Assembly (NCBI GenBank): GCA_902572735.1
Contig: CACGGX010000002.1
Coordinates: 13,585-77,584 of the forward strand
Length of the DNA stretch: 64,000 nt
Origin: an uncultured Alphaproteobacteria bacterium
GTDB lineage: Bacteria; Pseudomonadota; Alphaproteobacteria; HIMB59; GCA-002718135
Reading direction: 5' to 3'
Shown here in pieces: positions 56,871 through 64,000 of the stretch; position 1 is the stretch's first letter, and each line of letters begins with the position of its first letter. The notes beneath the pieces are model-generated. The model saw only the letters and a program-made list of their open reading frames with translations, did not search any database and had not been told where the DNA came from. The position numbers and the translations under genes are program-made.

Positions 56871-58217
56871 TTGATGAAAGATAAAGAAGCTAAGTCTCTA
56901 ACAAAACAACTTACCAGGTATGCCAAAGTTGGTGGTGTTGTTGGAAAATTGGCCACTAAACTTGCAAGTCAAAGATATTTAGGTGTTAAGTTAGATAAAG
57001 AAAAACATGCATCAGAAATAAGAACTGCTCTTGGAAGTATTAAAGGGCCATTAATGAAAGTGGCACAATTATCAGCAACTATACCTGACTTACTTCCTGA
57101 TGAGTACGCGCAAGAGCTTATGCATTTACAGTCTAATGCTCCACCGATGGGATGGTTGTTTGTTAAAAGAAGAATGGCTGCAGAATTAAAGCAGGACTGG
57201 CAAAAAAATTTTATTGAGTTTGATAAAGAAGCAACAAGAGCAGCTTCTCTTGGACAAGTTCATAAAGCTAAAATAAAAAATGATGATATAGTCGCGTGCA
57301 AACTCCAATACCCAGACATGGCTTCAGCAGTTAGTGCTGATCTTTCACAATTAAAAATGATTTTTTCAATTTATCAGTCCTATAATAAAGCGATCAAAAC
57401 TGATGAAGTATACAAAGAAATTACTGACAGACTTAAAGAAGAGCTAGATTACGAAAGAGAAAAAAAATTAATGGCTGTATTTAGAAATATATTTTCAAAT
57501 ATAAATTTTGTTCATGTTCCAAAAACCTATGATAAATTATCTACAAAAAGATTGCTAACTATGAGTTGGTTAGATGGTGAACCTATTTTGAATTTTAAAA
57601 AATCTACTAAAGAAACAAGAAATACATTAGCCGCTAATATGTATAAAGCCTGGTATAAACCATTCTTTGAATACGGAGTGCTTCACGGTGATCCACATTT
57701 AGGAAATTATTCTGTACAAAAAAAAGACCTTAGTATTAATATATATGACTTTGGTTGTATGAGAATTTTTAATGGTAATTTCATTCAAGGTGTAATAGAC
57801 TTATATTTTGCTCTTCAAGAAAAAGATAATTCAAAGGCAGTTCATGCATATGAGCAATGGGGATTTACAGATATTACAAAAGAGAAATTAAAAGTATTAA
57901 ATAAATGGGCAGGATTTTTATACTCACCTTTGATGGAAGATAAAGTTCAAAAAATACAAGAAAGTGATAGTGGTATATATGGAGCACAAATTGCATCTGA
58001 AGTTCATCAAGAACTTAAGAAACTAGGCGGTGTTAAACCCCCAAAAGAATTTGTGTTCATGGATAGAGCAGCAGTAGGATTAGGTTCAGTATTTATGCAT
58101 TTAAAAGCTGAAGTTAATTGGTACAGAATATTCCATGAGCTCATTGAAGATTTTAACTCAAAAAAATTAATGAAAAACCAACAAAAAGCTTTAAATTTAG
58201 CAAACCTATCAATATAA
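56871..58217 (+). CDS. ABC1/UbiB-family atypical kinase
   Basis: LGSIKGPLMKVAQLSAT, AASLGQVHKA and HGDPHLGN motifs are present. Confidence 0.8.
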   Translation: MMKDKEAKSLTKQLTRYAKVGGVVGKLATKLASQRYLGVKLDKEKHASEIRTALGSIKGPLMKVAQLSATIPDLLPDEYAQELMHLQSNAPPMGWLFVKRRMAAELKQDWQKNFIEFDKEATRAASLGQVHKAKIKNDDIVACKLQYPDMASAVSADLSQLKMIFSIYQSYNKAIKTDEVYKEITDRLKEELDYEREKKLMAVFRNIFSNINFVHVPKTYDKLSTKRLLTMSWLDGEPILNFKKSTKETRNTLAANMYKAWYKPFFEYGVLHGDPHLGNYSVQKKDLSINIYDFGCMRIFNGNFIQGVIDLYFALQEKDNSKAVHAYEQWGFTDITKEKLKVLNKWAGFLYSPLMEDKVQKIQESDSGIYGAQIASEVHQELKKLGGVKPPKEFVFMDRAAVGLGSVFMHLKAEVNWYRIFHELIEDFNSKKLMKNQQKALNLANLSI

Positions 58218-58223
58218 GAACCC

Positions 58224-59345
58224 ATGCTCTTATCTGCTATTAAAGAAAATGATAACAATGAGACAAGAGTCTCTATCTCCCCTGAGTCAGTAAAGCTTTT
58301 TTCTAGACTAGGTTTTGAAGTTATAATTGAAAATGGAGCGGGAGAAACTTCAGGATATCAGAATTCAAATTATGAAGAAGCTGGAGCAAAAATTGTTACT
58401 AGATCTGAATGCTTGAAGGCTGATGTTTGTTTATGTGTTAGAATGCCAAGCACAGATGATATAAATAACTTAAAAAGTAATTCATTGCTTATTGGAATTT
58501 TAAATCCATATGAAAATAAATCTGAATTTTCTAATTTAAACAAAAACAAAATATCATCATGTTGTATGGAATTAATTCCTAGAATAAGTAGAGCACAAAG
58601 TATGGATGTTCTATCATCTCAGGCTAACTTAGCGGGGTATAGAAGTGTCATTGATGCAGCGGAGCAATTTGGAAAAGCGTTTCCAATGATGATGACTGCA
58701 GCCGGAAGAGTAAATCCAGCAAAAGTTATGATACTTGGTGTTGGAGTTGCAGGTTTACAAGCAATAGCAACAGCAAAAAGGCTTGGCGCAGTAGTATCTG
58801 CCACTGATGTAAGAGCTGCAACTAAGGAACAAGTTGAAAGTCTTGGTGGAAAATTCATAATGGTTGAAGATGATGAAGCTCAAAATGCTGAAACCGCAGG
58901 TGGTTATGCAAAGGAAATGAGTGAAGATTATAAGAAAAAACAAGCTCAGTTGATAGCTGAAACAGTTTCAAAACAAGATATAGTAATTTGCACAGCTCTT
59001 ATTCCTGGGAAAAAAGCTCCAGTTTTAATCACAGAAGAAATGGTTTCTTCGATGATACCAGGTTCAGTAGTAATTGATTTGGCAGTGGAAGCAGGTGGTA
59101 ATTGCCCTTTAAGTAAAATGAATGAAATAATAGTGCATAATGGAGTAAAAATAGTTGGTTATGGAAATGTTCCTGGAAGAGTGGCTAAAGATGCCTCAGC
59201 ACTGTATGCTAAAAATATCTTTAACTTCTTAAGTTTATTAATAGACAAAGAAAATAAAAATATAAATTTTGATTTTGACGATGAAATAATTAATTCTGTT
59301 TTGCTAACGCATGACGGGGATGTAAGATTGGAGCAATTTAAGTAA
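58224..59345 (+). CDS. pntAA: NAD(P) transhydrogenase subunit alpha part 1 (dI)
   Basis: The AlaDH/PNT fold is present, with RISRAQSMDVLSSQANLAGY and ILGVGVAGLQAIATAKRLGA. Confidence 0.9.
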   Translation: MLLSAIKENDNNETRVSISPESVKLFSRLGFEVIIENGAGETSGYQNSNYEEAGAKIVTRSECLKADVCLCVRMPSTDDINNLKSNSLLIGILNPYENKSEFSNLNKNKISSCCMELIPRISRAQSMDVLSSQANLAGYRSVIDAAEQFGKAFPMMMTAAGRVNPAKVMILGVGVAGLQAIATAKRLGAVVSATDVRAATKEQVESLGGKFIMVEDDEAQNAETAGGYAKEMSEDYKKKQAQLIAETVSKQDIVICTALIPGKKAPVLITEEMVSSMIPGSVVIDLAVEAGGNCPLSKMNEIIVHNGVKIVGYGNVPGRVAKDASALYAKNIFNFLSLLIDKENKNINFDFDDEIINSVLLTHDGDVRLEQFK

Positions 59346-59346
59346 C

Positions 59347-59664
59347 ATGGAAGCACATTCTTCAGAAGTTTTTGTTATTGGACTAACAGTATTTTTCCTA
59401 GCTTGTATTATTGGCTATTATGTAGTTTGGTCTGTTACTCCTGCTTTACACAGTCCATTGATGGGTGTGACAAATGCAATATCAAGCGTAATTATAGTTG
59501 GGGCAATATTAGCAGCTGGTCCTCAAGGTTTTGATACTTCAAAAATTTTTGGATTAATAGGTGTTGTATTAGCTTCAGTTAATATTTTTGGAGGTTTCTT
59601 AGTAACATATCGAATGCTCTCGATGTTTAAGAAAAAAACTAAAAAAACAAAGGAAAAAGAATAA
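59347..59664 (+). CDS. pntAB: NAD(P) transhydrogenase subunit alpha part 2 (membrane)
   Basis: A 105-aa protein with 3 TM segments, containing HSPLMGVTNAISS. Confidence 0.85.
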   Translation: MEAHSSEVFVIGLTVFFLACIIGYYVVWSVTPALHSPLMGVTNAISSVIIVGAILAAGPQGFDTSKIFGLIGVVLASVNIFGGFLVTYRMLSMFKKKTKKTKEKE

Positions 59665-61058
59665 TGTCTTCTAACATGGTTGCGATATTATATTTAATTT
59701 CTGCGTTATTATTTATCTTTGCTCTAAGAGGTTTATCTCACCCTGAATCTTCAAGAATGGGTAACATTTTTGGAGTTATTGGTATGATTATAGCGGTCTT
59801 CACAACGCTAATGTTTAAATCAGTTCTTAGTTATTATGAAATTGGTGCCGCGATTCTTATTGGTGGTGCTATAGGCTCATTTATTGCTTTAAGAATTGAG
59901 ATGACCGCATTACCTCAATTGGTAGCTGCTTTTCATAGCTTAGTAGGTTTAGCTGCTGTATTTGTTGCTGCTGCTGCATTCTATGATCCCGTAGCTTTTA
60001 GTATTGGAAAAGTTGGTTCGATTAAAACTGCTAGTTTAGTTGAAATGAGTATTGGAACATTTATTGGTGCTATCACTTTCTCTGGTTCAGTTTTAGCTTT
60101 TGGAAAATTACAAGGTACAATTTCAGGAAAGCCAATAGTATTTAAGTTCCAGCATCTTATAAATGCACTAATTTTCATCCTAATTATTTTCTTGATTGTA
60201 TTATTTGTAATTAATCAATCTCCAACAATCTTTTGGACAATAGTCATTATTTCAATATTACTAGGATTTCTTGTTGTAATTCCTATCGGTGGTGCTGACA
60301 TGCCTGTTGTCGTTTCTATGTTAAACTCTTATTCAGGTTGGGCAGCTTGTGGCATAGGATTTACCCTAAGTAATAATCTCTTAATTATAACTGGTGCTCT
60401 TGTTGGAGCGTCTGGTGCAATATTGAGTTATATAATGAGTAAAGGGATGAACAGATCCATTATTAATGTTGTTTTAGGAGGTTTTGGCGGTGAGCAAGAC
60501 ACTAGTGCTAGTAAGGATAACTCAGACAAAATTGTTAAACAAGGTAATGCAGAGGACGCAGCATACATAATGAAAAACGCAGACTCTGTAATTATTGTAC
60601 CAGGATATGGAATGGCTGTAGCACAAGCTCAACATGCTTTAAGAGAAATGGGTGACATATTAAAAAAAGAAGGAATAGAAGTAAGATATGCAATACACCC
60701 AGTCGCTGGAAGAATGCCAGGTCATATGAATGTTTTACTAGCTGAAGCTAATGTTCCTTATGAAGAAGTCTTGGAGCTAGATGAAATTAATCATGATTTT
60801 CCTATGACAGAGGTTTCTTTCGTTATAGGTGCAAATGATGTAACCAATCCTGCTGCAAAAACTGATGAATCTTCTCCTATATTTGGCATGCCTATTTTAG
60901 ATGTAGAAAAGTCTCAAAGTGTTTTATTCGTTAAACGTTCAATGGCAACGGGTTATTCTGGTGTTGATAATGAATTATTTTATAGAGATAATACAACTAT
61001 GCTATTTGGGGATGCAAAAAAAATGTGTGAGGATATTGTAAAGAGTCTATCTGCTTAA
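59664..61058 (+). CDS. pntB: NAD(P) transhydrogenase subunit beta
   Basis: A 464-aa protein with a membrane domain and dIII ([29 protein letters not shown]). Confidence 0.9.
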   Translation: MSSNMVAILYLISALLFIFALRGLSHPESSRMGNIFGVIGMIIAVFTTLMFKSVLSYYEIGAAILIGGAIGSFIALRIEMTALPQLVAAFHSLVGLAAVFVAAAAFYDPVAFSIGKVGSIKTASLVEMSIGTFIGAITFSGSVLAFGKLQGTISGKPIVFKFQHLINALIFILIIFLIVLFVINQSPTIFWTIVIISILLGFLVVIPIGGADMPVVVSMLNSYSGWAACGIGFTLSNNLLIITGALVGASGAILSYIMSKGMNRSIINVVLGGFGGEQDTSASKDNSDKIVKQGNAEDAAYIMKNADSVIIVPGYGMAVAQAQHALREMGDILKKEGIEVRYAIHPVAGRMPGHMNVLLAEANVPYEEVLELDEINHDFPMTEVSFVIGANDVTNPAAKTDESSPIFGMPILDVEKSQSVLFVKRSMATGYSGVDNELFYRDNTTMLFGDAKKMCEDIVKSLSA

Positions 61059-61252
61059 TCGTTATTTCTTTTTGCTGATTTTCTAGCTCTTCTTATATTT
61101 TCTTCTTTTTCTCTAGCACGTTTTAAACAGGGTTTTTCATAGTGTTTACGAAGTTTCATTTCTTTATATAAACCTTCACGCTGCATTTTCTTTTTAAGCG
61201 ATCTGATTGCTTGTTCTACATTATTATCTTTTACGTTTACAAAAAGTGTCAT
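61055..61252 (-). CDS. rpsU: 30S ribosomal protein S21
   Basis: [35 protein letters not shown] is near-identical in pattern to alphaproteobacterial S21. Confidence 0.9.
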   Translation of the reverse strand: MTLFVNVKDNNVEQAIRSLKKKMQREGLYKEMKLRKHYEKPCLKRAREKEENIRRARKSAKRNND

Positions 61253-61346
61253 TGGGACGGGCTAGTAACATAAACTCATATTATTTGCAAACGGATATAT
61301 TGAATTAATCTATTGGTATATTAGAAAAAATACTTATATCTATAAT

Positions 61347-61877
61347 GTGTCTATTCTCAAAATATCTAAAATTGGTCACCCCATTCTGCTAAAAGAATGT
61401 TCTGAGATAAAAGAATTCTCTTCAGATTCATTAAAAAAAATAGTTTATGATATGTCGGAAACAATGCTTGACTATAATGGTATAGGTTTAGCAGCGCCTC
61501 AAGTACATATTTCAAAGAAAATAATAGTATTTCGTAATCCTGATAATGAAGTGAAAGATAAAATTGAGATAACACCATTAATAAATCCTAGTTTTACACC
61601 TATTGGAAAAGAAACTGATGATGAATGGGAAGGTTGCTTGTCTATTCCTGGTATGCAAGGTTTAGTTAGAAGATTTAAAAAAATCAAATATTCTGGATTT
61701 GATCTTGATGGTAAAGAAATTGAAAATGAAGTTGAAGGCTTACACGCAAGGGTAGTACAACATGAGGTAGATCACTTAAATGGCATTTTGTATACATCAC
61801 GCTTAGCACATAAAAATGCTTTTGGTTTTGAAAAAGAAATAACGACTTTTTGGAAAAATGAACAAAATAGAAAATAA
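61347..61877 (+). CDS. def: Peptide deformylase
   Basis: GIGLAAPQV, EGCLSIPG and the metal motif HEVDHLNG are present. The gene uses a GTG start. Confidence 0.9.
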   Translation: MSILKISKIGHPILLKECSEIKEFSSDSLKKIVYDMSETMLDYNGIGLAAPQVHISKKIIVFRNPDNEVKDKIEITPLINPSFTPIGKETDDEWEGCLSIPGMQGLVRRFKKIKYSGFDLDGKEIENEVEGLHARVVQHEVDHLNGILYTSRLAHKNAFGFEKEITTFWKNEQNRK

Positions 61878-62475
61878 AAAAAAAGAAGATATTCTCATAA
61901 AAGCTAAAAAAATTGTATCAATTGAAGGTTGGTCATCAGAAATATTTTCAAAATTACAAAAACTAAATATAGGAAAAAATGATCTGTTCTATTTTTTTCC
62001 AGATGGATATAGAGATTTATTAGAATATGCTCTACAAAATATTAATGAAAAACTTGAATATAAATTAAAAAAAATTAATTTAATTAATTTTCCAATTAAC
62101 AAAAGAATAAAAAAAATATTATTATTACGATTTGATATATTAAATGAAGATAAAGAATTTTATAAAAAAACCTTTAACCATCTTTTGTTGCCAACAAATA
62201 ATAAAATATCCAAAAAGAGTTTATATAATTCAGTAAATACAATGTGGTATTTAGCTGGAGATAATTCAACAGATTTCAATTTTTATACAAAAAGGCTTAT
62301 TTTATCAGGAGTATATACTAATGCTTTGTTAGTTTTTTTTTCAAAAGAAATGAAGTATGTTGAGGAAAATATTGATAAAAATCTTAAGAGAATATCAAAA
62401 ATTCCAAAAATTAAAGAAAGAATATTTTTTATTAAGGATAACGCTCCTAAATTTTTAAAAAGTTTTTTAGCTTAA
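61858..62475 (+). CDS. COQ9-like protein (the alphaproteobacterial 'rpsU-divergently transcribed protein' family)
   Basis: The 205-aa product starts with a pattern (A..IV..EGWS......L......G......FFPDG..DLLEY) that resembles TIGR02396/COQ9. It lies close to rpsU. Confidence 0.55.
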   Translation: MNKIENKKKEDILIKAKKIVSIEGWSSEIFSKLQKLNIGKNDLFYFFPDGYRDLLEYALQNINEKLEYKLKKINLINFPINKRIKKILLLRFDILNEDKEFYKKTFNHLLLPTNNKISKKSLYNSVNTMWYLAGDNSTDFNFYTKRLILSGVYTNALLVFFSKEMKYVEENIDKNLKRISKIPKIKERIFFIKDNAPKFLKSFLA

Positions 62476-62672
62476 GCTATACTATCAGGTTCTAATTTAC
62501 TTTGAATTTCTAATATTTTATCTTTTAGGATTAACTTTCTTTTTTTTAACCTTTGAATTTGTAAGAAATCTACAGTATTTTTTTCTTGAAGCCTAATGAG
62601 TATTTCATCAAGATCTCTATGTTCTTGTTCAAAATTTTTTAAAATTTCTATAAGTTTGTTTATGTCATCCAT
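62472..62672 (-). CDS. DUF465 (YdcH-like) small coiled-coil protein
   Basis: The 66-aa product contains EHRDLDEILIRLQ......LQIQRLKKRKLILKDKI, which is the DUF465 pattern. Confidence 0.6.
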   Translation of the reverse strand: MDDINKLIEILKNFEQEHRDLDEILIRLQEKNTVDFLQIQRLKKRKLILKDKILEIQSKLEPDSIA

Positions 62673-62716
62673 GAAAATAAATAAGTAAAAATATTATAAT
62701 AGTATATAAACGCCCT

Positions 62717-63802
62717 GTGGTAAAAAAAATAGCAATTTTAACAAGTGGTGGAGATTGTGCAGGTTTAAATGCAGTAATTAGAGCTGTTACATTAAGAGCA
62801 CATAATAAGTACAATTGGGAAGTCTATGGAATTAAAGATGGAACATTAGGTCTGTTGAAAGAACCACTGGACGTTATCAAATTAGATCCTCAAAATTTTG
62901 AGGGTAGCTTAATGAGAATGGGTGGAACTTTTTTGGGATCAAATAACAAAGGTAACCCTTTTAAAAAAATTATAAGGAATGGAAAAAAAATAGATTCATC
63001 TGATTTAGTTATAGAAGGTTTTAAAAAATTAGAAATAGATGCACTAATAGGTATCGGTGGAGATGGAAGTTTAAAAATTCTCCAAAGTATTACAAAAAAA
63101 GGTAATATAAATTTTGTTGGTATTCCAAAGACTATAGACAATGATGTAAAGCATAATGAGCTTTCTATAGGATATGATACTGCAGTTGATGTTGCAACAA
63201 ATGCATTAGATATGCTTCAACCAACAGCTGCTAGCCACAGAAGAGTAATGATTTTAGAAGTAATGGGCAGAGATGCAGGTCACATTGCTTTGAATGCAGG
63301 AATAGCTGGAGGAGCAGATGTTATTTTGATTCCGGAGATTCAATATTCTATAAAATCTATTGCTGACCATATTGAGAAACTTAGATCTAAAGGAAGAAAT
63401 CATGCATTAATCGTTGTTGCAGAAGCTGTAAAAAAAGAAAACGGTAAAAAAGCTACAGTGAAATATGTTGATGGGGAGGTGCGCCTTGGAGGGATTGGAA
63501 ATTATCTTGGTGATGAAATCTATAAAATAACAGACTCTGAAACAAGAGTTACAGTTCTAGGGCATGTTCAAAGAGGTGCTCAACCAACTCATAGAGATCG
63601 TTTAATTGCAAGTGCCTTTGGGGTTTATGCGGTTGATTTAATTGCAAAGAAAAAATTTAATAGAGTAGTTGTATGGAAAGACAGAGGAGTTCAAGATTTG
63701 ATGCTTAGTCAAGTTGCTGGATATTCAAAAACTGTTCAAAAAAATGATCCTTTGATTAAAGTAGCTGAAGGACTTGGAATTTATATTGGTGAAACAAACT
63801 AA
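62717..63802 (+). CDS. pfk: 6-phosphofructokinase (PfkA family; phosphoryl donor uncertain)
   Basis: IAILTSGGDCAGLNAVIRA, IGGDGS, PKTIDNDV and MGRDAGHIAL are present. The product is 361 aa. Confidence 0.9.
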   Translation: MVKKIAILTSGGDCAGLNAVIRAVTLRAHNKYNWEVYGIKDGTLGLLKEPLDVIKLDPQNFEGSLMRMGGTFLGSNNKGNPFKKIIRNGKKIDSSDLVIEGFKKLEIDALIGIGGDGSLKILQSITKKGNINFVGIPKTIDNDVKHNELSIGYDTAVDVATNALDMLQPTAASHRRVMILEVMGRDAGHIALNAGIAGGADVILIPEIQYSIKSIADHIEKLRSKGRNHALIVVAEAVKKENGKKATVKYVDGEVRLGGIGNYLGDEIYKITDSETRVTVLGHVQRGAQPTHRDRLIASAFGVYAVDLIAKKKFNRVVVWKDRGVQDLMLSQVAGYSKTVQKNDPLIKVAEGLGIYIGETN

Positions 63803-63999
63803 AAATTCCCTAATTTTTTCCATATATAAAAATATATTTTGTAAGGTAATATCCTTGTAAATTTAAAAAAATATACAATCAAATAGGGAAAAATTATTTC
63901 AAATTCTTTACCTTTAGTTAATCTATCAAATATTTTTTTTCCTGCATATTCAGCACTTTTTAAAAAAGGCATTTTGAAGCTATTTTTTTTGGTTGCTTC
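63799..63999 (-). CDS. 3' end of an unidentified minus-strand ORF running in from the right window edge
   Basis: The reverse frame is open from nt 63999 down to a TAG stop (complement of 63799-63801), about 66 codons. I recognise no family, and it is below the size cut-off of the ORF track. Confidence 0.25.
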   Translation of the reverse strand, partial: EATKKNSFKMPFLKSAEYAGKKIFDRLTKGKEFEIIFPYLIVYFFKFTRILPYKIYFYIWKKLGNF

Positions 64000-64000
64000 A

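Noticed and set aside
61253-61346. The 94-nt divergent spacer between rpsU and def, examined for a ribosomal-protein leader or riboswitch-like structure.
   Set aside because: I could not find convincing conserved-looking stems or a known motif by eye. It is too AT-rich and too short to call without covariance-model searches.

Overview
This is a very AT-rich window (roughly 30% G+C by eye, not computed) that is almost entirely coding. I support about 69 protein-coding genes, many with 4- or 8-nt overlaps, and TGA clearly acts as a stop codon. I found no rRNA, tRNA, CRISPR array, transposase, integrase or phage gene. The composition, tiny spacers, N/K/I-rich proteins and gene content (PntAA/AB/B, ALA synthase, GcrA-like, COQ9-like next to rpsU, dimethylglycine dehydrogenase, many ABC substrate-binding proteins) look like a streamlined marine alphaproteobacterium, most plausibly a SAR11/Pelagibacterales chromosome. 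That attribution is inference only; no database search was possible.

Content from left to right:
1. A sugar-acid and L-fucose island (1-12640): partial Ldh_2 gene, uxuA, CUT2-type sugar ABC transporter, aldo/keto reductase, L-fuconate dehydratase, lactonase, GH29 fucosidase, mutarotase, kdgK, eda.
2. Housekeeping genes: agmatinase-family, peroxiredoxin, Nudix, msrA.
3. A GcrA C-terminal-only ORF, then cfa.
4. An orphan MotA/ExbB-like plus MotB/OmpA-like coiled-coil pair, followed by an exported pentapeptide-repeat protein.
5. A nearly complete heme biosynthesis locus: hemA(ALAS), cytochrome b561, hemC with a C-terminal extension, hemE, hemH, hemF, hemJ.
6. nth, then a Gsi/Dpp-like ABC importer next to an M24 hydrolase.
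7. A 10-kb chain of head-to-tail minus-strand genes: saccharopine pathway LKR+SDH, uvrB, 3-hydroxyisobutyryl-CoA hydrolase, dimethylglycine dehydrogenase, an AsmA-like ORF and an AEC transporter.
8. aspartate aminotransferase, pyk, acyl-CoA ligase, pepF, UbiB-like kinase, pntAA-AB-B, rpsU, def, a COQ9-like gene, and pfk.

The best candidate for an undescribed system is the stator-like pair at 17467-20261 plus the neighbour at 20303-20806. It has no flagellar, Tol-Pal, TonB or Zorya-effector context. All functional calls rest on my recognition of motifs in the supplied translations and need HMM or BLAST confirmation.
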